A stretch of 64,000 bases of DNA, from assembly GCF_001194135.2 (NCBI RefSeq), contig NC_068991.1, positions 5,853,513 through 5,917,512 on the forward strand, in the 5' to 3' direction. Positions within the stretch are counted from its first letter, which is position 1, and each line of letters opens with the position of its first letter. Made by a program: the position numbers and the translations under genes. The notes below the pieces were generated by a model that saw only the letters and a program-made list of their open reading frames with translations, made no database searches and was not told the DNA's origin. This document shows, in pieces, positions 39,923 through 50,079 of this stretch. This DNA is from Octopus bimaculoides (Eukaryota).

Positions 39923-42074
39923 TTTTTATGTTCAGTTATAGTAAAACCAATTTTACATCACTCTAATGGATTGTTCTTATACTATTGTAGAGGACAGACT
40001 TATTAATAAATATAGATGTGTGTGTGTAGGCACAAGCATGGCTGTATTACTAAGAATCTCGCTTTGCATCCTTGTCATTTAGAGTTCAGTTCTAGTAAGT
40101 GGCGCCTTGAGCAAGTGTTTTCTACTGTAGATCTTGGCCATCCAATGCCTTCTGGGTGGATTTCATAGAGAGAAACTTAAAATGGAGATTATAATCCAGT
40201 GTTTATTATAACTGAGTGAACAGCAGTTCAGCTCCTCACCTTTGATACTGAGGGACACCCTCTGGATAGTTTAGTTGGCCATAACAGTTAGGTCTTGTCC
40301 AGATGTGGTCCTCTGATGTTTATTTATCCAGCTCTCAGTTCGATTATTATTTGGAGCACTTGATTCAGGTTGTGTGTGTGTGTATGAGAGTGATTGTGAT
40401 GAGAAAATGCCTGAACAACAGTTGTAGCTATCATCAGTTCCCATGATGTATTTAGAACAACCTTGAACCGCGCGCATGTGCGTGTGTGTGTGTGTGTCAG
40501 ATATGATAGTCATGTGTGTGACTCTGCATGTTTGTATGTATATGTTTGTATGTATATGTGTTGTAGATTTAGAGTTTGTATTCTGCTATATAAACAAAAA
40601 TTCGGGTGGAAAACTCTGTGTATATGTGTGTGTGCAGTCTGAATGTGGGAGCATCATGTTGATTTGATAAAGCCATAACTTGGGAATCAAGTGCTGTCTT
40701 TATCTACTATTATTATTATCATCGTTATTATTATTATTATTTATTCAAGCCTGTTACCTTTATTAAAGCGAAAATAGATCAGGCTGTTCCCACCAGCTTA
40801 TCAATCATGAATTACAAGCTGTTTGCTTTTTTTTTTTTATTTCATTTTTCTCTTTCTTTTTTCACTTATTTATATCAGTAGTGGCACTGTGCATGGCACC
40901 TTGGGCAAGTGTCTTCTACTACAAGCCCTGCATTGACCAATGCCCTGTGGATCAATTTCGTAGAAGGAAACTGAGAAAGCCCATCGAATGTGTGTGTGTG
41001 TGTGTGTGTGCATGTACATTTATGTATGTGAATCTCGATTTCCATGCTTGCTTCTGCTTCAGTGAAACAACAAAGATGTTGACATTATGACCAGTTGTTC
41101 TGTGCTTTTCGAGGAACTCCCCCACCCCCCACCCCCAATAAAAAATAAGATCCTTTAGTTGGAAAACAATTACAGGTTGATGACAGGAAGAGCATCCAAC
41201 TGTAAAACCCCCCTCAAATAACACCCCCCTCACCATTAACAGTCATAACTGTGGCCAGCAATAGAGTTATTCCCCTCATGCAGTGATATAGCCCAGTCAA
41301 CACTGAAACCCTTTTCATTATAGATAACGAGGTCTGATGACACCTGTTGCTAAACACAACCCATTTACAAATACACTCACCTGTTTCTCTAAAACTGAAA
41401 TGTGTTTTTAAGATTAAGGACTTGTGTATTCTGTGTGACCTTCTGATCCCTCTCTAAACAGCTATTTTAATGATTGAAACGCATAAATTTGTACCCCACT
41501 TTAAACAGATCGGTTGGTAAATATAGAGATTTTTTCCTTTCTAGATGTTATCATCATCATCATCATCATCATCATTATTATCATTATTTTATGGTGAAGA
41601 CATGCTTAGTAAATAACTTTTCGTGTAAGTCCAATTTAAGTTGCCAGGTAAGATAAATAAATGTATTTTTAGTGGGGTTTTTTTTGGGGTTTTTTCTTAT
41701 AATGAAAAGAAAAGACAGATGGTTCCTCTATATCTGGGTCACTTATGTCTTTTACTCGTTTCAGTTATATTGAACTGCAGCCAATGTTGAACACACACAC
41801 ATAGATGGATGGACGGATGGACGGACGGACGGACGGACGGACGGTTGGACGGACGGACGAACAGTTAGATAGATAGATAGATAGATAGATAAATAGACAG
41901 TTAGATAGATAGATAAATACATACATACATACATAACCAGAGAGGTAGGCAGTTAGACAGACAGACAGTTAGAGAGATAGAGAGATAGATAGATAGATAG
42001 ATATACAGATAGATATACAGATAGATAGATAGATAGATAGATAGGTAGATAGACAGACGAATAGATACATAGGT

Positions 42075-42109
<35 letters not shown>

Positions 42110-45100
42110 CACGTACATACTTACTTATCTATCACTTTCTGATGCGTTGTCTACTTTGTACTTTATGTAGTTTGTTCTTAGTGCTTGCACTTGGGCAGCA
42201 CAGATCAGAGCCTCCATTTCCGGGTTTTAAATCACTTTTAGTCATCCACAGCCATCTTTTTTCTCTGTCTGTCTTATCTTCAACATCCCTATGAAATTGA
42301 CCATGCAATCTTTTCTTTACTCACCTATTTTCAATTTCATTCATTTTCAATTTCTTGTACAGTGCTTTGTCTTTGCAATCTTTAATCCTACACAAGCCTG
42401 ACCTTCTTCTAATAATAGCACTTCTGTGACATTTTTTACATACCATGCTATGTTGTTTTTTTCTGCTCTAATGCTGTGTTGGCATCCAATGAGTCTTCTT
42501 CCCCCTCTTTTTCTTGGTACATACAGTCTGTCTGTGTCACTTTTTGGGTGGAGTGACCTATATCTAGTTAGCAACTTCCTTGTCTTTCTTTCTAAGCTGT
42601 TTATTTCATCTACTGTCCATGCGATTACCCCTGTTCCATATCTAAGGAGTGAAACAGCCCAAGTGTTCATGTTCCGAGTTCGATTCCAGGCAGTGACCTG
42701 AATAATAATAATAACATCGAAAAATACCTTAGGAATGAGAACCCAGGTTCGAAATTTCTCCAAGACACCTGATGAAGGCTGGAGGGTATATCAGCCGAAA
42801 CATTGTGTTAACAACAAACAAGATGAGGACAAATATCCATCAAATGTAAATAATGTACATAATTCCTTATCTCTTAAATATTGAACTGTATTCATTTATT
42901 CATAACTTGATTCATTGAATCATTTTTCTTTTCTGCCTCAGATTAATGCTTCTAATGTCAATCCTTTTTTTTTTTTTTATTACTTTTTTGTTAATTTCAT
43001 TTCATTTCCATTTTCCAGACAAAAGTGAAAATAGTTCCTGTTCTTGGGACGGGACTCTTAATAGGCACAGCCTTGGCAGTAATTATTCCTGAAGGCGTAC
43101 ATGTTATGTATTCGCATCATCACAACCATGGTAAGTTGATTCTCTCTTTCTTTCTGTTTTTTTTTTTCTTTTCTACAAGAAGCATTATGTCTGTGGAGCG
43201 CTCACCCACTTGCACATTAATTTCACAAGCAAGCGGTTCTGCTGATCGAATCAACTGGAGCTATCATCCTCATAACCAACGGAGTACCAGTTTACAATTA
43301 TGACTTTTTTCTTTTATTTTAACTGTCTTGGGACCACCAAGTACCAAATCTACATCACCAGAGGACTTATATCAACTATCAACAGGCATATAACAAGTAA
43401 AAAGTAGAGCCATTGGTATTGCATTTCGTTCCACCATTTACAGCTGTTTCTACAACATATGGACGACAGATCACATAATAAGTTGGAAAATATGGAGGAG
43501 AGCAGTGATATTGCCATATTGATTATATAACGAGAGACCCACGGTTCTTTTGTCATAACCTTTGTGAACAAATACAGACACAGACTGGATCAATATACAG
43601 ATGATATGGCAAGAGGTGTTTAATTAATTCAAGAAGAAAGAGTTAGTTAAAAGTACAAATGAGAAGGTAAAATGACAGTTTGATTGTAGCTTTTGACCAG
43701 ATCAGTTCGTAAGTCTCATTCATTAGTCAGTGTATCACTATCTCAATCGGACAACTGTGTGAATCGATAGACTTAAATTATTATCTAAGTTTGTTTATTA
43801 TAAAATAAGCTGGAATAAATTAGGTGGGATAACGGCAGAGTTGGTAGCATTCCTGGCCAAATGTTTCTCAGCAGCATTTTGTCCATCTTTACTTTCTGAG
43901 TTCCAATTCCCCTGAAGTCATCTTTGCCTTTCGGGGTCGATAAAATAAGTACCAGTTGAATACTGGGGTCAATGTAATTGACTTGCCACTTCCTCTGAAA
44001 TTGCTGGCCTTGTGCCAAAATTGGGAACCAATATAGACACCTAATGGTGGTGAGCTTGCAAAATTAGCACACTAGGCAAAATGCTTCTTAGCCCACTTAT
44101 ACGTACCTTTCCTTCATTGGACACTAAACTCTGCTTGCGAAGACCTGTTGAGGCAAATGAAATTGAAATCGAACCAAATTCGACGACTGGCACCCATGCC
44201 AACCTCTCCTTCATTGGACACTAAACTCTCAATTGTGGGGGAGCTATGCAGGGCAGGATTCATGACAGACGAACTGTAGACAAGAACTTTGCTGCGGGCT
44301 AGCTAGGGAGTTGGTTGGCAGCGAAGTGGACTTCTGGAGAGAGAAAGAAAACAAAATAGTGTTAGCAGTGAGCATTAAATGAATCTGAATTAACTAAACA
44401 GAAATAACTGACGATCTAGACCCTGATGTACGTAAATTAATAAACCAGCATGGGTTGGATGTTAAACGATGATGAGGATGTGTGTGTGTCTATGTGTCCA
44501 TATTTATTTATGACTGTTAGAGTGAGTGCCAGGGTTGATTTGTCCAATAAACTTCCCTTCAAGATGGTGCTCCAGCATGGCTGCAGTCCAGTGATTGAAG
44601 CAAGTAAATGATTAAAATTACACATTGTGCAGTGCAAACAATTTAAACAGCAAATCAAACTGGACTGAAAGATCAACAGGCAGCTATTCAAATTGGCAAG
44701 TTGAGACAAGTAGACACTGCAGTTGCTGCTTGTACAATAAGACACCATTCTTCAAAGACATGCTGCAACACAAGTCCTTTTGGCTGAAGCAACATGCTGA
44801 CAAAACACTTATTTGTTGATTAAGTGTTTGCTTAAACTAACAAAAAGTGTTTCTTGAAGACCTGGATAATAAAACGTTTCAATTAAATGAAAGCCTGTGG
44901 GTGCAAGTGACATGGCTGGGAAGTTTGTTCTTACCTGTCTCTTGACTATCCTTGAAAAGCTGACAATTTAACACCTGTCTAGATTCTTATTGGAGTGGGA
45001 AAGCTTGATATATCACCTGGACCACAAATTGTATTATATCTTCAAAGGAAAAGGAGATATTTTTGTCGTTATCATCCTCACCACCATCATCATTGTATTT

Positions 45101-48100
45101 TATGTTCTCTTCTCCATGCTGGCATGGGTTGGACAGGATTTTTTGCAATAGTCTTTTTATGGTCCAATGATGTTCCTGATATCGTTTCTTTCAATTGTAA
45201 CCTCTTTAAACTTGCAGGAATAAGGCATGGATTCTAAAACCTGAGATACACACAATATCGACAACGATGATGAAAATATAATATATATATATCGAAAAAA
45301 TAAATTTTCTTCTTTGAACATGAAGATTAATATTCCAAATAATTGTTAAAATTGTCGTTATTGTCAACATTTTGTTTGACTTTTATTTAATTAATTTTTT
45401 GTCTTTGGCTTCCATCTTCTTCTACCTTTGCAGCACATAGTCACAGCATAGAGAAAATGGACGTGAAAGAAGCCGTCGCAAAAGTTGGCATTGCACATTC
45501 TTCAATACATGACGAACACTCACACAACACACACACCGATTCTGGCGGCACAGAAAACCATGAGAATGTCCACAGTTTGATAGGGGTGGCACTGGTTGCC
45601 GGCTTCATCACAATGTTGCTTATTGACCAACTGTTTGGCGGCTCTCATGCTCACTCTGCCGCAGGTAAGCGATTAACATTTGAGGAAACAACAGGTATGG
45701 CTGTTGTTTAGTGATGGTGAGGTGAGTGTGATGCTGTTTGAGTAGAATGTGACCATATTTGAGTAAAATGTAATGATATTTGAGTGGAGTGTGATTATAT
45801 TTGATTGAAATGTGATGATCTTTGAGTGGAGCACAATTATATTTGAGTGAAATGTGATGTCTGAGTGGAGTGTGACCATATTTGATTGAAATATGATGAT
45901 GTTTGAGTGGAGCACAATTATATTTGAGTGAAATGTGGTGATGTTTGAGTGGAGTGTGATTATATGTGATTGAAATGTGATGTTTGAGTGGAGTTTGACC
46001 ATATTTGAGTGAAATGTGATGATGTTTGAGTGGAGCACAATTATATTTGAGCGATATGTGATGTTTGAGTGGAGTGTGATCATATTTGAGTGAAATATGA
46101 TGATGTTTGAGTGGAGCACAATTATATTTGAGTGAAATGTAATGATGTTTGAGTAGCATGTGACCATATTTGATCGAAATATGATGATGTTTGAGTGAAG
46201 TGCAATTATATTTGAGTGAAATGTGGTGACATTTCAGTGGAGTGTGATTATATTTGAGTGAAATGTGATAATATTTGAGTGGAGTGTACTGTGGTCATAC
46301 TTGAGTAGTGTTGTTGTTGGTGGTGACAAGGAACAAATCTCAATAGAAAAGGGGAGGTTGGTGATGATAAAGCAACAGGGTGATGAGAGTACTGAGTCTA
46401 ATGATGGTTGAGAGGGACTAGTGTATTATTAGCGTACTGTTTCATTTTTTTCTCTACCATTTCTTTTCAAATAACCTCTTCGTTATACTTCCACAGATCC
46501 TGAACACAACCAAACAACTGTGCAGAACAGAAATAAATTCACAGCTACTCTAGGTTTAGTGATACACGCTGCTGGTAAGTCGGTTGTTGTTTATCCCATG
46601 TTTCTGGCAAAGAATTGTAATTATTGGTCGACGGAAAGCTATAGAAGAGTAGAAGGTGTGGTTGAAGTACAGATCACCTCTCTACCCATCCATGTCTCTC
46701 AAAATAAGCGCCATGAGGAAAGCTGTAGTAAGGTAGAATGTGTGATTTAAATACCTGTAATGGTTGTAACATAACTAATCAACTGTGGAGGTTGGGGTTG
46801 AGCTGAATAGCTGTAGACGTTATGGAGAACCAAAGAAACTGAAGAGGGTCTTACCTGACAATTGTAGAGGTTTTAACTGTTTGTATCCTGCCACTATTTC
46901 TATGCAGTGCCATGAGGAAGTAAATATCACAGTGAATTTACATTTCAATGATGTATATACATTAAGTATTATATATAGATGGCTTTTTTGCCTTACTATT
47001 ACCTATCTCTAAATTAGTACGACTGTGAGATACAGTTTACTGCAGTTCCCAGTTCTAAGTATAAATACCTACCATAGAATGGTATATATAGTTTCTTGCT
47101 GTACTCAGTCTACTAAACAGTAAATAGGTACCATGGAGAGATATAGTTCATTGTATTGTCTCCCTCTAATTCTTCAGTTTATCTAGAATCACATTATTCA
47201 GTGTATCCTTGTTTAACCCTTTTGATTCCAACCCAACTGAAACCGCCCCTGGCTCTGTAGTACAAATGTCCTGTTTTCAAAAGCTCTGAATTAAAATCTC
47301 CCACCAAACCTTAGTCACAATTTATATTCCTAACACTAGCTTAATGATAACTAAGTTATTTTACTAAATTCTTGGTTATATTTAAAATTAATTGAAAGAA
47401 ACCCAGAGCATCTCAATAGAAATGGTAACAAAATGGTTAAGATGGTATGCAGTGATTTGAGAGAGATTTATCTGCTATCTTTACCAGATCAAGGAACCAT
47501 CTAGTGGTTCCCTTGTTGAGTACATATGATGTCCCTAACACTAGCTTAATGATAACAAAGTTATTTTACTAAATTTTTTGTTATATTTAAAATTAATTGA
47601 AAGAAACACAGAGCATCTCAAAATAAATACAGTAACGAAAGGGTTAATTAATCTGGTATTTGGGACATAAATTAATATAAAACTTTGAAGGAAGGTTTTA
47701 ATTGAGACCATTTTAAAACAGGGAGTTTGTATTTTCGGACCAAGGGCAGTCTGAGGCAGATTGGTCACAAATGGTTAATATTGACCGAAAGCTTTTAATT
47801 CCATAGCCATACCATGACTTGTATCTCTTGCCGTTCTATATTTTCAGCTGACGGCATTGCTCTCGGTGCTGCTGTCACAATGTCTGAGGACCATGTCACT
47901 TTGATCGTCTTTCTGGCTATCATGTTACACAAGGTAAGACACCTGTTGTTTCTTAATTACCATTAATAAAAAATTTTTTTTATGAGATCATCATCATCAT
48001 CATCATCATCGTTTAACGTCCGCCTTCCATGCTAGCATGGGTTGGACGATTTGACTGAGGACTGGTGAAACCGGATGGCAACACCAGGCTCCAGTCTAAT

Positions 48101-50079
48101 TTGGCAGAGTTTCTACAACTGGATGCCCTTCCTAACGCCAACCACTCAGAGAGTGTAGTGGGTGCTTTTACGTGTCACCCGCACGAAAACGGCCACGCTC
48201 GAAATGGTGNNNNNNNNNNNNNNNNNNNNNNNNNNNNNNNNNNNNNNNNNNNNNNNNNNNNNNNNNNNNNNNNNNNNNNNNNNNNNNNNNNNNNNNNNNN
48301 NNNNNNNNNNNNNNNNNNNNNNNNNNNNNNNNNNNNNNNNNNNNNNNNNNNNNNNNNNNNNNNNNNNNNNNNNNNNNNNNCCAATGTACGAAGGTCTTGC
48401 CTCACCACCTCAGCCCAGGTCTTCCTGGGCCTACCTCTTCCATGGGTTCCCTCAACTGTTAGGGTGTGGCACTTTTTCACGCAGCTATCCTCATCCATTC
48501 TCACCACATGTCCATACCAGCGCAATCGTCTCTCTTGCACACCACAACTGATGCTTCTAATGTTCAGCTTTTCTCTCAAGATACTTACACTCTGACGGGT
48601 ATTCACATTGACATTACACATCCAACGGAGCATACTGGCTTCATTCCTTGCGAGCTTACGTATGTCCTCAGCAGTTACAGCCCATGTTTCACTGCCATGT
48701 AGCATGGCTGTTCGTACGCATGCGTCAATTCCTCATCTCTTAAATATAGAACTGTATCAAGCCTTTATTTGATAAACTGTGTCAAAACAAGAATCACACC
48801 GATTCCCATTGAAGATATTCATATATTTTTGGTCATTTGTGATGTTTTGTGCGACTTGTGTCTGTGTCATTTTATATCTTTGGAGTTTTAGATGTTTTTC
48901 GTTTGATATAATCAATATACAAGTTATATTCTTTCATTAGTTATTGAATTTTAAAGGCAGTGAGCTGGTAGAGTCATTACCACACCAGACAAAATGCTCA
49001 GTGGCCTTTCTTCTGGCTCTGAGTTCCTGAGTTCAAATGCTGTCCAAGTTGACTTTGCCCTTCATCTGTCCGACCCATGCAAGCACAGAAAAAATGGACC
49101 TTAAATGACGACGATGATGATAATGTTGATGATGATGATATATTCCTTTCTTTATTTTTACCAGGCACCAGCTTCATTTGGTTTAGTATCGTTCCTCATG
49201 CTTGAAGGTTTGGAGAGAGCTAGAATCAAAAGACATTTGCTTGCCTTTTCTGTCTCAGCGCCATTGTTATCAATTCTCACATATTTGGGATTGAGCCAAG
49301 TAAGTTCTTCCTCATGTTTGGCTTTTTGGTGTTTTATTGTGTGTATCTATATGTGTGTGTGTGTGTGTGTGTGTGTCTGTACGTGTGTGTGTGTATGTCT
49401 ATGTATGTGTGTCTGTAGGCCTTGTGTCTATAGAAGAAAGGATTATTTCGTATAACTTGTGTTGTTTTTGCTTTAAAAAGAAAAAAAATTGAAAATATAC
49501 GTGTGTGTGTGCCCTTTTCTAGATTTCACATGATGGTTGAAAACATGTATCATTGCCACATAAGTGATGTTGAAATAGCCTTAAATTTTTTGTTTATTTC
49601 TGGGCAGTTCTTTCTGCTAGAAAAATACATTTAGTGCAGCAGAATGGTTATTCTGTTGCCCATTTCTTCTCACATGGTAGATCAATAATAATATCAAATC
49701 AGATGCCAAGCATGAAATCAATTCAATTAACGTTACCCACTCCCATAACGAATCTGTTGTAACTTTGAACAGCTAATATAAAGAATCCTTGTTATTTTCT
49801 TTCTTTCATTTCTTTTTTCTTTTTTTGTTTTTCTAGCAAAATAAAGAAACCTTGTCCAATCTTCATGCAACTGGACTTGCTCTTCTATTCAGTGCCGGAA
49901 CTTTCTTGTATGTGGCCACGGTACACGTCTTGCCTGAAGTGGCCAACACTCCAGCGCAAACCACACATGATGGCATGACCATCACTCGAGAACAGAAAGG
50001 TTTTAACAAGAAGGAACTTTTTACATTTGTGCTAGGGTCAGCCATTCCCGTAATTTTGGCTCTCAGCCACAAGCACTGA
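17345..50079 (+). CDS. SLC39A9: Zinc transporter ZIP9 (solute carrier family 39 member 9), spliced gene: join(17345..17440,43019..43130,45434..45664,46497..46574,47848..47933,49165..49299,49837..50079); 981 nt, 326 aa
   Basis: Seven exons, all introns GT..AG, phases 0,1,1,1,0,0, joining into one stop-free ORF from [28 protein letters not shown] to [15 protein letters not shown]. It contains the ZIP9 hallmarks [45 protein letters not shown] and [19 protein letters not shown], matching human ZIP9 as recalled. Confidence 0.97.
18626..19520. repeat. Long inverted repeat (about 185-bp arms 18626..18808 and 19335..19520) enclosing a SINE insertion
   Basis: The arms are reverse complements (ttccctcgtctctcctg..actcactc vs gagtgagt..caggagagatgagggaa); each carries the palindrome agtcatcctta(a)aggatgact. 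Confidence 0.7.
19760..20056 (-). mobile_element. tRNA-derived SINE family C copy
   Basis: Minus-strand head tgtggagacacatgggctagtggttagagcagtggac..gggttcgaatctcagacc with A/B-box-like motifs; partial second copy 20130..20280 and + strand head at 27550..27650. Confidence 0.7.
20683..20880 (+). mobile_element. Possible hAT (Charlie-like) MITE fragment
   Basis: Begins CAGTGGTTCTCAA, a typical hAT-Charlie terminus; second TIR not found. Confidence 0.35.
21205..21388 (+). mobile_element. Penelope-like family-2 insertion with inverted 5' portion and 15-bp target-site duplication
   Basis: Perfect 58-bp inverted repeat 21200..21257 / 21298..21355; direct repeat aattgtagatcatta at 21190..21204 and 21389..21403; hammerhead-like motif 21264..21309. 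Confidence 0.75.
21875..22090 (+). mobile_element. SINE family B near full-length copy
   Basis: gcggtgagctggcagaatcattagcatgc..gagttcaaattccaccgaggtcgactttgcctttcatcctttcggggtcgataaattaagtaccag..tgtacctataatagaaagg; an older copy lies at 21505..21720. Confidence 0.8.
23240..23405 (-). mobile_element. SINE family B copy (antisense to 21875..22090)
   Basis: Reverse complement of the family B body and tail. Confidence 0.8.
23466..23730 (-). mobile_element. Mariner transposase 3' remnant with terminal repeat
   Basis: Minus strand [38 protein letters not shown], followed by a TIR-like end (+ strand ta-caaggtccagtcaaaaag). Confidence 0.7.
24092..24313. mobile_element. piggyBac-like MITE (TTAA target duplication)
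   Basis: TTAA|ccctttcgttacc ... ggtaacgaaaggg|TTAA; further copies at 47217..47436 and partial 47533..47643. Confidence 0.85.
27325..27465 (+). repeat. Degenerate (CAT)n trinucleotide repeat
   Basis: Direct inspection; it produces the spurious poly-His/Ser/Ile ORFs. Confidence 0.85.
29075..29260 (+). mobile_element. Mariner 3' end remnant
   Basis: ..[17 protein letters not shown] resembles the mariner transposase C-terminus (RWxKCIxxxGDYVEK). Confidence 0.5.
29690..30450 (+). mobile_element. RTE-clade LINE 3' fragment (frameshifted) with 3' UTR and (GAT)n tail
   Basis: [45 protein letters not shown]; ends ggacattaaacgatgatgatgat; homologous to 47987..48729. Confidence 0.85.
32270..32618 (+). 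mobile_element. Non-autonomous RTE-tail element with repeated tggcatgtaaaaagcacc units
   Basis: Shares the 3' end gggcatccaactgtagaaactctgccagattag..catggaaagtggacgttaaa with the RTE LINE; other copies at 39523..39850 (+), 35463..35612 (-) and 51427..51612 (-). Confidence 0.75.
34108..34485 (+). mobile_element. Two tandem SINE family B copies
   Basis: 34108..34320 near full length and 34335..34485 5'-truncated; both end gtgcctagag(t/g)agaaaaga. Confidence 0.8.
34510..34965 (+). mobile_element. SINE family A near full-length copy
   Basis: gcgcaggagtggctgtgtggtaagtagcttgcttaccaaccacatggttctgggttcagtcccactgcgtg..(TA)(TG)..ggcggtgctccagcatgg..gaaacaagtaaa; other copies or halves near 1035, 7262, 7620, 10440, 14415, 14745, 24780, 28800, 36065, 36598, 50895 and 62370. 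Confidence 0.85.
35613..35990 (+). mobile_element. Mariner (Mos1-type) transposase 3' remnant interrupted by a MITE
   Basis: [38 protein letters not shown] | [19 protein letters not shown] matches HPPYSPDLAPSDYHLF..FY..GI.KL. Confidence 0.8.
35756..35882. mobile_element. 127-bp Tc1/mariner-type (Stowaway-like) MITE
   Basis: Perfect 26-bp TIR cagggtgtccacaaagtctgggtaca / tgtacccagactttgtggacaccctg with TA duplication on both sides. Confidence 0.92.
38835..39500. mobile_element. Cluster of three SINE-B copies: 38835..39010 (-), 39010..39205 (-), 39283..39500 (+) around a (TAT)n tract
   Basis: Family B consensus in both orientations; (TAT)n at about 39225..39282. Confidence 0.8.
41800..42120 (+). 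repeat. Compound tetranucleotide microsatellite (GACG/GATA/TACA/GACA/GGCA)n
   Basis: Direct inspection. Confidence 0.9.
42347..42700 (-). pseudogene. R4/Dong-clade non-LTR retrotransposon fragment (post-RT region)
   Basis: [57 protein letters not shown] is the typical R4/Dong motif (INTWAV..RY..LDRKTRK..HPKSD.DRLY.PR..GGRGL). Confidence 0.85.
42707..42890 (+). mobile_element. Penelope-like family-2 repeat, uninverted copy
   Basis: Near identical to 21258..21388 and extends it 5'; a 30-bp fragment of its 3' end recurs at about 48728..48756. Confidence 0.75.
42764..42809 (+). ncRNA. Minimal type-I hammerhead ribozyme-like motif with canonical CUGAUGA/GAAA core (predicted AUU site after 42804)
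   Basis: Stem I GACAC/GUGUU; CUGAUGA plus extra A; stem II GGCUG-gagggtatat-CAGCC; GAAA-C-AUU. Confidence 0.7.
43019..43130 (+). CDS. SLC39A9: ZIP9 coding exon 2 (112 nt, [37 protein letters not shown])
   Basis: Long pyrimidine tract plus ttccag| acceptor and CATG|gtaagt donor; TM2 motif [11 protein letters not shown]. Confidence 0.96.
45434..45664 (+). CDS. SLC39A9: ZIP9 coding exon 3 (231 nt, His-rich loop and TM3)
   Basis: ctttgcag| acceptor and GCAG|gtaagc donor; in frame with exon 2; [18 protein letters not shown] motif. Confidence 0.95.
45735..46295 (+). repeat. Minisatellite, about 14 units of 39-42 bp, filling most of ZIP9 intron 3
   Basis: Unit approximately tttgagtggagtgtgaccata + tttgagtgaaatgtgatgatg (two related 21-mers), with gcacaatta variants largely alternating. 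Confidence 0.9.
46497..46574 (+). CDS. SLC39A9: ZIP9 coding exon 4 (78 nt, [26 protein letters not shown])
   Basis: cttccacag| acceptor and GCTG|gtaagt donor; start of TM4 metal-site motif TLGLVIHAA. Confidence 0.95.
47217..47643. mobile_element. piggyBac-like MITE copy (47217..47436) plus partial second copy (47533..47643)
   Basis: Homologous to 24092..24313; TTAA at the termini. Confidence 0.8.
47848..47933 (+). CDS. SLC39A9: ZIP9 coding exon 5 (86 nt, [29 protein letters not shown])
   Basis: attttcag| acceptor and AAG|gtaaga donor; TM4/TM5 metal-binding residues. Missed by the ORF track. Confidence 0.96.
47987..48729 (-). mobile_element. 5'-truncated RTE-clade LINE in ZIP9 intron 5 (ORF end largely intact; N-gap 48210..48380)
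   Basis: [63 protein letters not shown]; 3' tail (GAT)n. Confidence 0.9.
49165..49299 (+). CDS. SLC39A9: ZIP9 coding exon 6 (135 nt, [45 protein letters not shown])
   Basis: tttttaccag| acceptor and CAA|gtaagt donor. Confidence 0.96.
49837..50079 (+). CDS. SLC39A9: ZIP9 coding exon 7 (243 nt to TGA stop)
   Basis: Pyrimidine tract plus ttctag| acceptor; [25 protein letters not shown]; ends SHKH*. Confidence 0.96.
   Translation, partial: QNKETLSNLHATGLALLFSAGTFLYVATVHVLPEVANTPAQTTHDGMTITREQKGFNKKELFTFVLGSAIPVILALSHKH

Noticed and set aside
45620-46167. Two His/Ile-rich repetitive minus-strand ORFs of 164-179 aa
   Set aside because: They come from a minisatellite with unit lengths divisible by 3, antisense within a ZIP9 intron; there is no evidence of coding.
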